This document shows positions 12,669-27,118 of a stretch of 64,000 nt of DNA, piece by piece. The stretch comes from the human T2T-CHM13v2.0 reference genome, Homo sapiens. The notes beneath the pieces were generated by a model, which saw only the letters and a list, made by a program, of their open reading frames with translations, searched no databases and was not told the DNA's origin. The stretch is taken from NCBI RefSeq assembly GCF_009914755.1, contig NC_060942.1, one strand, 5' to 3'. Every line of letters starts with the position of its first letter. The stretch's first letter is position 1. Both the position numbers and the translations under genes were made by a program.

Positions 12669-14673
12669 GTGAGTGATGTGTTGAATGTTGGAGCTGGGTA
12701 GAATCTAGCCTGAAAGTCTATATTAACTTTGCAGGGATTATAAAAGAGAAACTGAGGTTGCCTAAATGGGAACTATTTTCATGTGTTCAGATGGGTTGAC
12801 CTGTGTGAGTACCCCAGGCTAAAGTAGCCAAATAGGAGAAGACACTGTGAGACTCACCCTGGTCTGTTTCAGCCGAATGAACTGAGGTGGGCAGAGAAGT
12901 TTATTTTTGAAATGGCCAAAGTCTCTTCCTGATTTGGTTGATCCAGCTGGGGCAACTCCTCACACATCCGAGGCTCTGGCTCTGCAGGGTAGCTCGGGGT
13001 GCTTGGCTGATGTTTGAGTTAGGGGAGAGCTTTCACATCTGTAGGGTGACAGAAGCCCTTATCACAGCATGATGCAAGCCACTGCTAGGAAGACACCCTT
13101 GGGGGCCAGCCATGCTCTGGGGAAACCAGCAAGTCACTTTGAGTTCACAAAGAGTTGGCTTTATCCAAAGGTCATGCCAAGGGATACTCTTCATGTTCCT
13201 GGAGTCTCCCGAGGCACGCCCTCCTGCCCGGGCATTTGTTCTCCACGGTCCCTGGGGAAAGCACCAGCTTTCACATACTCCAAGTCCTCCACCTTGTGAC
13301 ATCGAAAGAGGTATCAACAGTTTAAATCTGTGCACTGAGCATGTGAAAAATTCCATTTCCCACCCGCCACAAATTGTCTAAAAGACAGACTGATTTTATG
13401 ACAAGAGTGTTTCTCTTCTCTATTGTTTACTTTCTTTAGTTCCTGATTCTTCATTTTCACACATTTTTATGTGGCCTGATACATAAATTCAACTTAACAG
13501 CAGCCATTGTGTTTAGGAAGCCCAGAGAATTCTTATTTTCCAACTGTTCACCAGCATTCTCTACTTGTGGAAAGTAAAACCCTTAGAGCCCAATGTGACT
13601 TATGCGCGGATATTTTTCAGATAATGGAGTAGCTACAAATAACCGATTTTCCTGTTTCTCCGAGCCTCTCCCTGACAGATAATGAAGTCATAAAGGGCAT
13701 CATGATTTCAGTGCCGATACTGGAACCTCGTGTTCAGATTCAAACTCGCTTTGTTCTTGACTGTGTGACTGAAAGCTGGAAAATAAGCTGTGACTCAAAT
13801 TTTTGTCTGGATAATTTATATTGTAATTAGTTAACTAATTAATTAATTTATGAACAAGTTGTGGGTTGTTAGATTTAAATGGACACAACTGAGTGTAAGT
13901 TCTAACTTTTCCTTGTGAGACGGGACCCCTGGCTTCAGTTTCTGTGCAAAATAAAAATCGAGCTATGTGATTTTTAAAGTGCATTCCAGCTCTGTTTTTT
14001 CCCAGGTCTGTGATTGGAAAATATCCCTGACTCACAGCCCTTGCTTCCCGGTGCCCTGGCTCTCACCCTCACGTTGGCCCAGCACTTAGGGCTCCCCTCC
14101 CTGGCCTCTGCCCAGCTATGCGACTTGGCGCCCTCTTCCCTTTATAACACTGGTGCCCTCTCCCAAGTCCAATTGTGAAAAATTCTGAGACTAGGTTACC
14201 CTATGCTATGTTCCTGCTACCCCTCCTCCTGAAGCCTGCTCCCTCCCTTCCCCCATGCAGCCAGCACGGGAAAAAACACTTAGAGTAGATCGAGTTTATC
14301 CCCCACGTTCCCTCACCCCGCCCACATGCCCTCATCCCCTCTCCTGCCACCAGCAACCTCCCTCCTGAGAGCCCCAAGTCAGCATTCTCGTTCTGCGCAG
14401 ACCGTCTTGTGAAAGCAGAAAGCCACCTGATGAGCAAGTTCACATGGACATGCCAATGACAGTGCAGTCTCCTTCTTGGGAGGATTGCCCATCTATTGGG
14501 TGTTTTGTATGTGCCAGGTGCACTTTTACTCCTCTTTCAACGATGTGATGAGGTCATTATTATCATCCTCATCTATAGTGCATGCTATAGAAGCCCTGAG
14601 CAGCCCTCGCAGGGCCTGCCATGTGAATTACCTTGCCAGTGACTGGAATCTGCTTTAAGAAGATAGAGCTGGT

Positions 14674-15029
<356 letters not shown>

Positions 15030-15126
15030 TTACTGGAGCCAGTGGTCCTTTGGCCTTGAGACTACGGATCCCTGATGCTGTCATGGAGGGAGGCAGAGGT
15101 GCCTTCCCTGGCCCTCTTCTTGCCAG

Positions 15127-15270
15127 TGCCATTTGGCTCAGTTCTACAGACAAGTAGCATGAAGACCAGCTGGCTGCATGGCTGCCTCTGTGTACCCTGC
15201 ATGGTCATCAGGCCACTCTGGGCTGCTCCCACCACAAATCATTCTCCTTCCACTCTGGCGTCTCTCCAGG
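15127..15270 (+). other. Candidate 144-nt exon (noncoding)
   Basis: ccctcttcttgccag|TGCC...CCAGG|gtgagt; motif evidence only. Confidence 0.3.
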
Positions 15271-15809
15271 GTGAGTCCTCACATTATTGCATGTTATTTT
15301 TGGTGGAACGGGAAGGGAATGTCACTAGCTTTGCTAAGGTTCATTATGTTAATATTGTAATTTCCCTCAGGAAAATGAAGAAGAAAAACATCTAGATGCC
15401 AGGCACTTATTGACTTCCAAGAACAAAACCTAAATATTCACTGCAGAATCTAAAAACATGTGAATCCTAAACAGCAGACTGCCAAAACCAAGCATGTTTG
15501 CTGATGTTGATTGTGAATGTGTGTCAGGAGTGGATATTTAGGCATAAATTTCAGGCTGTCTCTCTCCTTTTATTTTAGATCTAGGCACAGAGGTCACTCT
15601 GAGCTTCCATTTGGACAGCTGCCTGTTCGTGGGAAGATCACCAAGCTCTTAACCCAGGAAGGGATGCTGTGCTGCATATTGGCGTTGTTGTGAGGTCAAG
15701 AGAGATTTCATCCCTGCTGTCCTTCCTCAGATGGGTCATTATGTCTGGATTCAGGAAGAGAATATGCAAATGTTGAGTCTGTGCCTCTTAACAAACTCAT
15801 CCTGCATGA

Positions 15810-16175
<366 letters not shown>

Positions 16176-16369
16176 TGAGCAATAAGTTTGAGAGAAACAA
16201 AAGTAACTTGGAAACATTGGAAATTCCTATTCAAAGCTTTCATGTTACTGGACCACTTGCTTTAACTGGTGAGGCACAGATAGTCTGTCTTTGCATCCCA
16301 CTTCTTGCAATGAACATTGAGATTAAGTATGTCTGCTCAAGGCATTTTGCATTCAGGTCCTATCGAAAT

Positions 16370-16893
16370 AAGGGAAGGGAATAAAAAGGAAAGGGAGACT
16401 GACATAATGTTGTCTGATCTCTGGCATCTCAGTAGGAATCGAAATGTGCTCAAGTCAATTAGGTTATGCTCTTAGATGTCTTCATGCTCATTAACAACAC
16501 AAGGAGCCCTTGACTAAAATGACACTAACCACATGCAAGTAAGGTGTGATCAGACAGACCCAGGCCACAAACAGTTCTGCACATTCCAACTGTTCCATTC
16601 ATTGCCCTTTCGGGAGGGAATCTGAGAGCTATGCTTGATGAGGAAAAGCCCTTCTCTGGTAGTTTGCTGGTTCCCTAGTGGTCACCTCATCCCTGCCACA
16701 TGCACAGACACACTGAGCACCCATTTGCAAGGCATTGCTTACGAATTGATCAAGGGTCAGAGATGAAGTGGAGGGAGGCAGTATTTTCAGTGGACGTAAG
16801 CCCTGAGCCCATGTGCTGATGCCCAGGGGCATGTGTTGGGCACTCAGGGTATGTGTAAGCATCTGCCAGCCTTGGACAGGGAAGGAGAACCAT
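16370..16893 (+). repeat. Dispersed direct duplication, probable source copy
   Basis: Near-identical to 6060-6582; sits in continuous unique sequence with no junction scars. Confidence 0.97.
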
Positions 16894-17477
16894 TCCGAGT
16901 GTGCACTGTCTGGGATCACACAGAAGGACCTCCCAAGCCTGGCTGTGACAGTCACTTTTCCAGCTATTGTTCATCTGCTCAGACACAGGCCTGGCCTGAC
17001 AAGGACAGGGGTCAGGAGAGAACACTTCAGCAAGGAAGGAAGGAGGGCTCTGAAGTCAGTGTGAGACTCTTCCATTTGGAGTGTCATCCAAAGGGCTCTC
17101 CCAAGCCCTGGGGCCTGAGACCTGGGGACGGACAAAGAGGCCAGCACATGGAATGCTTGCAAGCAACAGGCAGCTTGAAGTAATTAGGCATGAATGAAAT
17201 CACAGCAGGTCTTGCAGTTGATACCTGAGTGCTCCATTGGCAACTGAAGTCATAAAAGTCCACTGAAGAGAGGCCAGAAAATAATGTTAGAAAAGCCAAA
17301 AGGAATAAGAAAACGTTTTGAAGAGGAGTTTTTTTGAAAAGGTGCCTTGACGAGTATGGCGGGATAATGGGCAATCCAGTTGCCTGTGTGGATCCTTCAA
17401 ATGCAAGTTGCAAGCAAATCTGCTCCTAGTTAGTGTCACCCCTGGGACACAGCATATCGCGGGTGATTGCCATAGGC

Positions 17478-17860
17478 TAGTGTTTCTGAAGCCTTTGACC
17501 ATGACTTACCCTAAGAAATACATATTACATCCTACCCTGGTATTATATTCACACACAAACACATCTGTTTATAAATGCATGCACACATTTCATAAATGCA
17601 TACAACCTCAGTAAAAATTTCATGACATAGTGCTTGCCTTTTCTGCCTATTTTGCATGATATTTTCAACTCTATTGTATTCTATTCTGTTCCTCTTATTA
17701 ATTCATTCAAACACTACAATTCAGTACTTTATCAAATTGATTTCAAATATTGGGGACATTGCCCACTAATGTTTTGAAATCATATAGTAGATGTTGAGTA
17801 GTGTATGTGTATCCTGGGTTGCAAAGCAAAATGCATTTCTTACTGTGAGTTTTAATCAAG
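17478..17860. mobile_element. hAT-Charlie DNA transposon remnant (Charlie4-like), two inverted pieces
   Basis: taagaaatacatattacatcctaccctgg (~17513) is mirrored by ctgggttgcaaagcaaaatgcatttcttac (~17814). Confidence 0.45.
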
Positions 17861-18043
17861 TCGCTTCTCCTGCCCGCATCCTACAAAGCGAGGAGCCTGG
17901 ATGCTCTTCCAGATGGGAAGTTCCCTGAAGGAGGCACTAGGCAGAGGAGAAGGAAAGACTCACAGCAGCAAGTGTTGAAAAAGATGAGCTCATGTTCATG
18001 CAGTGGGTCTGCATCTTCTCCATCTAAACAGTTGTTCAAAGAG

Positions 18044-18268
18044 TCAAGGAGTCAGCAAACTACATTCTGCAGACAGGATCTGGAGTGCTGCCTGTCTCGG
18101 TGTATGAAGCGGCATGGAACACAGCCCTGCCATCACCTTGCCTGTTGCCTGTGGCTGCTTTTGTGCTGCAGCCTCAGGGTTGAAGAGTGGCAACAGAGTC
18201 CAGGTGGCCTGCAAAGCTGGCAATATTTACTATCTAGCCCTCTGCAGAAAAAAATGTGCCACCCCCCC
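18044..18268. mobile_element. MER58A-like DNA transposon
   Basis: aggagtcagcaaacta...aatatttactatctagccctctgcagaaaaaaatgtgcc; opposite orientation to the copy at 24315. Confidence 0.75.
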
Positions 18269-18521
18269 TCCCCCCATCAGTGCCTTAGGATGAGTGTCTG
18301 GAAACCATTCCCTGTAGCCCTTTCATAAATGCATCTCAGGCTGCAGACTGCTTTGTGGCACCTCTATTATCTCATCCTAGATGATTAGTTACCATAAATC
18401 GTCAATAAATTGCAATTTTGGGGACACAGCGGGCATTGCAGATAGAATCCCCCTCCTCAATTCCCACACACCTGATAAAAAGCTATTGGGGGAGCAACAG
18501 CCCATGCAAAATTCAGTGGCT

Positions 18522-19545
18522 TGTGCTTCAGGTTGGGTGATCTGGAAGCAGATGCTGAGATGGAGCTTGGAGTGCAAGATTAACTCCTGTGGAAAGAACG
18601 GTGAGGAAATGAGATTTGAGCAGAAGAAAAAGCTAAATGGCAATGTAGGCCTGAGGAAGCCTCAGCCCACTGGAGGGGGATCACCAGAGCCAGTGCTGAC
18701 TGCCAGAGCCATCATGGGGCATCAGTTACAGCCCTTTCTTGCTCAGTCAGTGCTGTGGGCATGACCTCAGATGAGGCAGCTCTCTGCAGCCCAGGTGGAC
18801 CCCAAAGCTGCCTGAAGACCGTCCTTCCTGCCATGGGGCAGCAAGTCCTTCCTTGAAGGCTGACCTGTGCCTCGGATGGCCTAGCATGGTCTACCTCTTG
18901 GCCACGTGCCACACTTCTCCATGCATCCCGGGGAGCAGCTCCAGCTCCTCCATGGTTAGGGTGCACTTTTCTTTCGAGGGGAAGCTTAGAGAGGGAGATT
19001 AGTGGGACACATTACACCCCTTTGCTGCAGTGAGTGTCCGGACTGAACTGGCAGTCCTAGCATAGTGCCATAGTTCCACTCTCAGTCCAGAGTCCCCTAA
19101 TCCCTAGACACCACCCCTGCTGTCTTGGTGTCCTACCTGGTGGTGTGACTCAGACCCTCATTCCTGAAGTCCTGGTCGCTGTGATCTCCTTGAGCTGGGT
19201 TTGCTGCACATGCCCACGTATGGTCATGGTTAGGTAAGGGCACGCAGGAGGCGCCAACGTGAGTCCCCTGAAACCCACATGGACTCATGCCTGCCACTGT
19301 GTGTCATGGCAGCCCAGCCTCCCTCTGACAAACACAGAAAGGATGCTGGCTCCTTTCCTTGCACAGAAGGACCTCAGAGTGCCCAAGTGGCTGTTGTGCT
19401 ATAACTCAATGAGGCCCTGGCTCTGCTCCCCGGGGGAAAAGTATGCCTTTTGGGGAACCAATGCCTCTGACCCTGCAGAGCCCAGTGTTGTGGGCCTGGG
19501 AAGCAAAAATTCCCCCAGTGAGTCACTGGGAGTGATAATCCCCCC
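18522..19545 (-). mobile_element. LTR16-family LTR (~18522-18900) with adjoining ERVL internal sequence
   Basis: caggttgggtgatctggaagcagatgctgagatggag is the LTR16-type antisense end; gggaagcaaaaattcccccagtgagtcactgggagtgat is ERVL internal-like. Confidence 0.6.
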
Positions 19546-19564
19546 TGGACGCCAGTAGAATCCC

Positions 19565-19630
19565 CTCAATATTGACAAATAAAAATGTCTCCAGACATTG
19601 CCAAGGTTACCTGCAGCTGAGAGCCACTGG
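19565..19630. mobile_element. MER20 fragment
   Basis: gacaaataaaaatgtctccagacattgccaa...ctgagagccactg matches the MER20 terminus. Confidence 0.65.
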
Positions 19631-20989
19631 CGTGTAGACCAGGAGTGTGTCTCATTTTGTGCTGTTTAGCTCATATGAGTTCTGCAGATTGTGAATGAAT
19701 GAGATGGGGATTCATTCTGGAAACTGGATCTTGCTTGCCCACTTCTGGAATCTCATTTTGTGGCGTGATGATAGCATGATGGTAGCTGAAGAAGAAACAG
19801 CTCTCATGAGAATGGGAACCACAATCAAACAAAGCATCAGAGGCTTGGCCCTCTTTAAGTGCCTTTAGAGCGCGATGCCACTCCAAAAGGCCAGAAGCCT
19901 GTGGTGCACAGGGGCTTTTAGCCCCACTCTCCCTGAAGGCGCAGCATGCTGGCTGGCAGAGAAACAAAGCTTAGCATCTTCCTCAAGTTTCAAGATGTTG
20001 TCTTGATTTGGCCACTGTTACCCACATGGAAATTTCTGACAACTGGATTTTGGAAGTTCGATTTTCCACATTGGATGAGACAAGCTTTGAGATTTGGACT
20101 AGAATCAGAGGGAAGATTCTGTTAATTGCCCCTAAATTACCTGGGAGTTTTGAGATTCTGCAGACAGAAAATGTTCCATATACATATCCTGAGAAATCAT
20201 TTCCATCTGAGGTGGTTTGGATCGACCGACTTTCCAAGAAGGGGATGATGTGTCTATTTCCAGTTGAGCCTTCCCAAGAAAGGGACAGAGCAATTGCAAT
20301 ACTCCATTACTTCCTTCAGGTTATTAGTTTTAGGCATGGTCCCTGATCCTTTCCAGGCCATTCTGAGACTATAAGAAAAACAACATTCGGAGTTTATGGA
20401 CAGGAAGGCGCTGTACAACACACATATAGATTACTGCCAGGAGGCACCCTGCAAGGTGATGGGTGCCCGAGTCTACAGATTCGTGGGCCCCAGGGCTGCA
20501 CAGACCTTTTTGTGCCACCTCCCAGTCTCTACAGTCTTGATTGCAAATGTTGAGTTTTGGAAGTGGCCAGGAACTTTGTTCCACTCTCTCTACGGAGCCA
20601 TCAGCTCTTCCTTTTTGGCCTTTTCTGCGAGTCCCCAGTCAGCAGCAGCTGTGACTTGCCTGTGACTCTCTATGCAGACCCCACACACAGGAGCCCATAC
20701 TGCCGGGGACTATAACCTGTCCTCTGTTTGTTGTTCTCTCTTGATTTTTATTTCATGCTTACTGGGTCCTTCAAGAACATCTTGGACACCACCATTAGCC
20801 CTGCACCAACAGAGCCCTCCTGCTTCAAGCTCTTTGACCTGTTCCTGCTCCGCGATGCCTCTTCCCACATCAGGGCCTTTATTCTCTTGCGTTCTCTGAC
20901 TACATCTGCTCTCTCTGAGCTGCTTTGATTTGTCTCCGACTACGTGCTTTTCCAGCTCCATGTGCTTTTCCTCATACACTTAGAGACAA

Positions 20990-21352
20990 GACAACGCTTC
21001 CAGCCTTCCCTGTAGTTGGGTAGGCCGTGTTGCCAAGTTTGATCAATGTCCCACCACCTGCGGGCCTAAACTCTAAAAAGCTTCTAGAATGTGATCTTCT
21101 ATGTTCTCTCTTTCCCTCTTTTGCTGGCTAAATGCAGAGGACCCAATGGAGGACTCTAAGAGGTGAAGATGGAAATGAGAAGTGGAAGGAGGGAACGTCC
21201 CTGGTCCCCAGATGCTTCTATGAGAGGAGCTACTCCAACCCACCCCCACCTCCTCCACTGACCCATATGGGAAAAAAATCAACTTTTATTGAGTCAAACT
21301 CCTAAGATCTGGTGGTTGTTTATTACAATAGGTCGGCTATCCTGATTCATGC
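20990..21352 (+). mobile_element. MLT1 (MaLR) LTR, old subfamily
   Basis: cagccttccctgtagttggg...aaatcaacttttattg...ctaagatctggtggttgtttattaca...ctatcctgattcat. Confidence 0.55.
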
Positions 21353-21972
21353 CCTGTCCCTCCCCAGTGTCATCTGAGGCCACTGCTTACCTTTTCTCAC
21401 TTACAGGCCCTGGATGGGCTTCCACGGGGTTCCCAGGCACTGAGGGAGCTCCATCCTCTATGCACTCACCTCTGCAGCACCTTCGGTTTTGCTTTGGTTT
21501 GACTGATTTCCTCAATGCCTATACATGAGAACTCTTCCTCCCCACATCTTTTTTTTACTGTGTACCACCAGTTTTGGCAACACACTTGTAGATTCCCATA
21601 GTATGCCCTACTCTGGAGCTTGTCTCCCTCCATCAGAATGTCTGCTGTGGCCCCAGCTTGCCTGCATGCCTCTCTGGCTATATTCTGTGGGGTTATCCGG
21701 GGCCTTCCTGCAACCTCCCCTGAACCCTGACATCGGCTGCCATGGGCATGGGCTGAGCTCCCAACTTCCAGCAACTCCTCCACCCAGGCACTCCACACGG
21801 ACACTGCGCCACCCACTTCCTACAAACTCTCCAAGATCAATCAATGCTCACCCCTGTAGGGGACATCTGAACTGTAATAGGCAGCAAGGAGACTTCCCTG
21901 GAGGTGTTGACTCTCTCTGCATGGAAGGGTTGGAGAATGTGTAGAGGCGTGCTCTGAGTCTGTTTGTAGCCA

Positions 21973-22418
21973 TGTGTGGTGCATCCACGTGGAAGCATGT
22001 TCTGTGTGCTGCATCCATGTGGAAGCATGTTCTCTGTGTACAGCATCCACGTGGAAGCACGTTATGTGTGTGCAGCATCCACGTGGAAGCGTGTTCTGTG
22101 TGCTTCATTCACGTGGAAGCGTGTTCTGTGTGCTGCATCCATGTGGAAGCCTGTTCTGTGTGTGCTGCATCCACGTGGAAGCATGTTCTGTGTGTGCTGC
22201 ATCCACGTGGAAGCGTGTTCTCTGTGTGCTGCATCCACGTGGAAGCATGTTCTGCGTGTGCTGCATCCATGTGGAAGCGTGTTCTGTGTGCTGCATCCAT
22301 GTGGAAGCATGTTCTGTGTGTGCTGCATCCACGTGGAAGCGTGTTCTGTGTGTGCTGCATCCACGTGGAAGCGTGTTCTCTGTGTGCTGCATCCATGTGG
22401 AAGCGTGTTCTCTGTGTG
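21973..22418. repeat. Minisatellite/VNTR, 14 units of 30-32 bp, each with an E-box
   Basis: Unit gctgcatcca(c/t)gtggaagc(a/g)tgttct(gt/ct)gtgt; counted 9 CACGTG and 5 CATGTG units. Confidence 0.97.
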
Positions 22419-24314
22419 GGCCTTTTCAGCCACTCTCCTTCCTGGGCTGCCTCCTCCTCCTCCATCTGTGCTGAACTGCTCCTTTCATTACACTTCCTGT
22501 TCATTGTAACTCTGAGTCCTTAAAATTTTTACTTTTGGTCCTTAATTCAATTCAATTCTTTTTTACTCAAGCCTGCTGTTATGTCGGTGTGGTTCTAGGC
22601 ATGGGAGAAGTCAGATGAGGACCCAGGCCCTGTCTTTGAGGAGCTCACCACCCGGTAGGAGGGAAAGAGACTGCCAGGAACCTGAAAGTCATGAGGACTG
22701 CAGAGAATTCAGCACTGGAAATATAAATGAAGCGCTATAAGAGAAACCAACAAAAACCCCAAACTACCAGGTGTTTGGCGTTCCCGAAGGGGTCTAGGTG
22801 CACTTGCCGGCTTCTGGCTGGATTTCTTTGAGGGCTATCTTATTACTGTCTCCTGATTATGATGATGGCTTGGTGTCTCTGTCCTTCATTAGGGGCTGGT
22901 TTTTCTTCCTCATTGCACTCTTCATGCTTCTCTTTATTCCAAGGCTGAGCTTTCTTAGGCATAACTGGGGTGAATGCTTTCATGAAACCACACTTCTTCA
23001 TCAAGCTCCCAGGCCTGGGCATCCAAATCCTCTTGGGGGCTGTAAACCTGCTCACCTGCGGCTCACCTGTGGCTCATCCGTTCTGTTGTCTTCCAATACA
23101 CTCAGCTCTGCATGGATAGGCTGCCTTTAGTGTATGGGCCTGCCCAGACCAGCACATGGGCATCTGTTTCCCAGGAAAAACCCAGCAGTGGCTGTGGTGG
23201 CTGGATGTGGGATTGGATGGGCACACAGAAAAACATAAAAACCATGGCAACAGTAATCATAATAGTAATTAATAGTCAGGATAATAATCATCTAGCTACG
23301 GTGGCAATGTACTTGAAAGACTATTCTTTGGGTGTATTTTTCTTAATGTCCTAGATGGAACAGGATGATTGGGCTTTTGAAGATATCAAAGAAACTTGAA
23401 AAGGACCAGACTGTAATCAACGTTGATTCCACTCACACTAATGACGACCTGGTTTCTAAACTTGGCAACATTAGACTTTCTGGACTTTTTTTTTTTTCTG
23501 AAGTGGTTGAAAGGAAACTGGAAGTGTGGAAAATGGAAGGATGAGGACAAACTGTAGGGCGCTGCCTCACTCCTGGACTCTATAATCCCATTCCTCCAGG
23601 TGGGGGCCACCTGCCCACTGCTGGCTCTGCCCTCCCCAGTTTTTAAGGATCCACACAGACTTTGCAAAGATTTTGAGATATGTTGGACATGAACTCTGGG
23701 TATGTGCACATCTGGTTCCAAGCTTATACTCCACTCTTCATAGCTCAGGTGTCTTCCTCACGGCAGGGGCCACCTTCCATCTTCACCACTACTATATCAA
23801 ATGGGCTTCCATCTTCCCCTCTGAATTCCAGCCTCTCTCTGGAAACCTAACATTTTTTCTAGTCTCTTTTGCACTGAGATTCTGTCCCTTTTATTGCAGC
23901 AATGAGTTTACCCAGCCCTCCATCCCACACGAGTCCGGGCAGGACCCAGTCACCTGCTAAGACTCCCACACTGACTGTGTACGAGTTACTCCACCTGTCC
24001 CTGGATTCCCAGAGCCCTGCCTTAGTCGCCTGACAGGACAGAGTTGGGACATGAATTGGGCACCTGAATTAGCCCTGTTTGTGTCCAGGTCCTCTAGATG
24101 CTTGTGTAGACTTCCAAACTGACCGTGCAGCTGGGCCTGGGTTGCAGAGTCTGCGGGTCGGCTCTGGTGTATGCATTTCACATTATCTATAGTAGCAAAA
24201 CTTCCAGTTTTTGATGGGACATGGCTGCCTAGAATAAAGATATTTCTTACCCCCCCCTTGCAGCTCCCATGTGTGCAGACATAATATGTGCAATTTTCAG
24301 ATCATACTCTGCAT

Positions 24315-24522
24315 CAGGGAACAGCAAACTTTTTCTGTTAAGGGCTGGATAGTAAATATTTTAAGTTTTGCAGGCCACATAGTCTCTGATGTAGGTCCTC
24401 CTCTTTAAGGAGCCATAGCAAATAACTAAATGAAAGCATGGTTGTTTGCCAATAAAACTTTATTTACAAAAAGAGTTTGTGGGTCAAATTTGGCTCATGG
24501 GCTTGTGGTTTGCCAACTCTTG
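24315..24522. mobile_element. MER58A DNA transposon
   Basis: cagggaacagcaaactttttctgttaagggctggatagtaaatattt...ccaataaaactttatttacaaaaa...gtttgccaactcttg. Confidence 0.85.
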
Positions 24523-24669
24523 TCCTAAACTAATATCCCAAGCAAAGCAGAGTAAGAGGACAGAAGGAACCCAGGTCCCTGGAAATTCCATTTCCGCTCT
24601 AGATGCTTCCAACCAGGATTTTATGAGAGGAAAATAAGTGTCTACCTTGCTTAAGCTACGGTTTCTATT

Positions 24670-24979
24670 TTTTTTTTTTCCTTGAGACAGGGTCTCACTC
24701 TGTCACCCAGGCTGCAGTGCAGTGGTGTGATCGTAGCTCACTGCAGCCTTAACTTCCCAGGCTCAAGGGATCCTCCCACCTCAGCCTCATGAGTAGCTGC
24801 GATTACAGGTGTGTGCCACCATGCCAGGCTAGTTTTTAAACTTTTTTTTTTTTACAGCGATGGAGGTTTCCCTATGTTGCCCAGGCTGGTCTCAAACCCC
24901 TAGGTTCAAGCAATCCTCCTGCTTTGGCTTCCCAACGTGCTGGGATTACAGGCATGAGCCACTGCATCCGGATCTGGCC
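24670..24979 (-). mobile_element. AluJ
   Basis: Antisense dimer with J diagnostics (gctcaagggatcctcccacc, caagcaatcctcc); TSD aagctac(g/t)gttt. Confidence 0.95.
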
Positions 24980-25004
24980 AAGCTACTGTTTTTATTTTCT
25001 GGTT

Positions 25005-25461
25005 GTGGTAGATTAAGGATGGCTCCAAAGTTTTTGCTACTCCTCCCATTGAGAAGTTAAATCCAATTACGCTCTCCTCGAATCTACCTAAATGACTTGT
25101 TTGAGTGATAGAATGGGATAGAAGTGGTGTTCTGGAACTTCTGAGGTTAGACCACGGAAAGCTTTGCAGTATCCACCAGAATCTTGGGACACTCTCTTTT
25201 GGATCCCTGAGTTGTCCCTGAGTGTCATTACCCTGAGGCTGCCATGATGGAAGGGACTCCGGGGCACCCTGCTGGACAGTCCTGAGTGGGCCAGTCTCCC
25301 ATCATCCCTGCCCAAAGCCACCCTGGACCCTCTAGACCAGTTAATCATTTCTGAGTGGCCTCCATGTGGGACAGAAAATATCATCCAAGCCCTTCCTGAA
25401 TTTCTGACCCACAGAATTATGAGCTATAATGGAATAGTTGTTTTAAGCCACTAAGTTTTGG
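25005..25461 (+). mobile_element. MLT1F/G/H-like LTR
   Basis: tgtggtagattaaggatggctccaaag...ttctgacccacagaattatgag...gttgttttaagccactaagttttgg. Confidence 0.8.
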
Positions 25462-26009
25462 CCTCCTTCCTTTGGCTGCTCTTAACCTCTGCCTGGCCTG
25501 CCCTATTTCTCTTCCCTCCTGCTCCTCCCCGGCACATCTATTCCTGAGAAGCAACACATTTAAGGAGCTAGAGAATGATTTGTTTTCTAAGGTACAAAAT
25601 GAAATACTGGTTCTATAAAGTCCTGATTATAGAGGGGATACAATTAAACTCTTCTCTAAGGAGAAGAAAAATGATGAAGGTTTAAGGCAGGATATCATTG
25701 CTTACTAAATAGTCCTTCAGTTTCTGATCTGTTCTTTTCAGCTCTAAAGTTCTATGTGACAGGATTTTGAAAAAGCACAGGCTTTGGGGTTACACATAGT
25801 TTTGGATACTGGCTCAATCCCTTAAGGGCCTGGGTGTTTTATTTGACTCCTCCAAGATTATTGGCTGTATGATTCAACTTAATCTCTAGGCACATCTCCT
25901 TAGTGCCTTAGTTTTAATAATGGAAATAATTTGCATATGATAATGTGTGGCAGATCAGTGCTGATCAAGCACAATCATGAATTCCTCTATCACTCAGAGT
26001 AGCTACCAG

Positions 26010-26648
<639 letters not shown>

Positions 26649-26740
26649 TGTTGCTTAAGATCACTAGAAGCCAAGCTAGTTTTAGGACCTCTTTTGAGAC
26701 AGGGCACCATTCTCTTGTCTATACATAATCTGAGAATCTA

Positions 26741-27118
26741 TGTGTGGCAGTGGTCCCTAGTGCCCTCCCACATATCTTTCTCTTCCTCCAGACACACAGT
26801 AGGATGACAATTCCATGCTGTAGCCATAAGGCTAGTTTAAATCAATGGGGTTATGAGAGGAAGTAAGTGGGTTACTTCTGAGCCAAGCATTTAATTAATG
26901 CGAGACCTGTTGCCACTCTTGCATTCTCTGCTGTGTTGACTGCAGAGCAGCAGCCTCTCAGCCTGGAGGACTGAGTCACTGCGTGGAGGGGAGATGCCCT
27001 GGAGAGTTACCTGGATCTATAGCAGAATTTGCATGGAGGAAAACAAACTATTTTTGTGTTAAGCCATTGAGGTTTGGGGTTTGTTGCAACAGCATAAGCC
27101 ATCCTCCCCTGACTAATG
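26741..27118 (+). mobile_element. MLT1J/I-like LTR
   Basis: tgtgtggcag...cagcctggaggactgagtcactgcgtggag...tgtgttaagccattgaggtttgggg...ctgactaat. Confidence 0.75.

Noticed and set aside
20008-20346. 112-aa ORF with protein-like composition in unique sequence
   Set aside because: Starts at TTG, has no recognisable motif and no convincing flanking splice sites; tblastn and PhyloCSF would be needed to rescue it.
21973-22418. CRISPR-like array or Cys/His-rich (zinc-finger-like) proteins in overlapping ORFs
   Set aside because: Units are contiguous with no unique spacers, there are no cas genes and the DNA is primate. The ORFs are open only because the repeat unit lacks stop codons.
23355-23960. 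Short ORFs after a strong acceptor at 23354
   Set aside because: Frames close quickly and the peptides are unrecognised; kept only as a possible noncoding exon.
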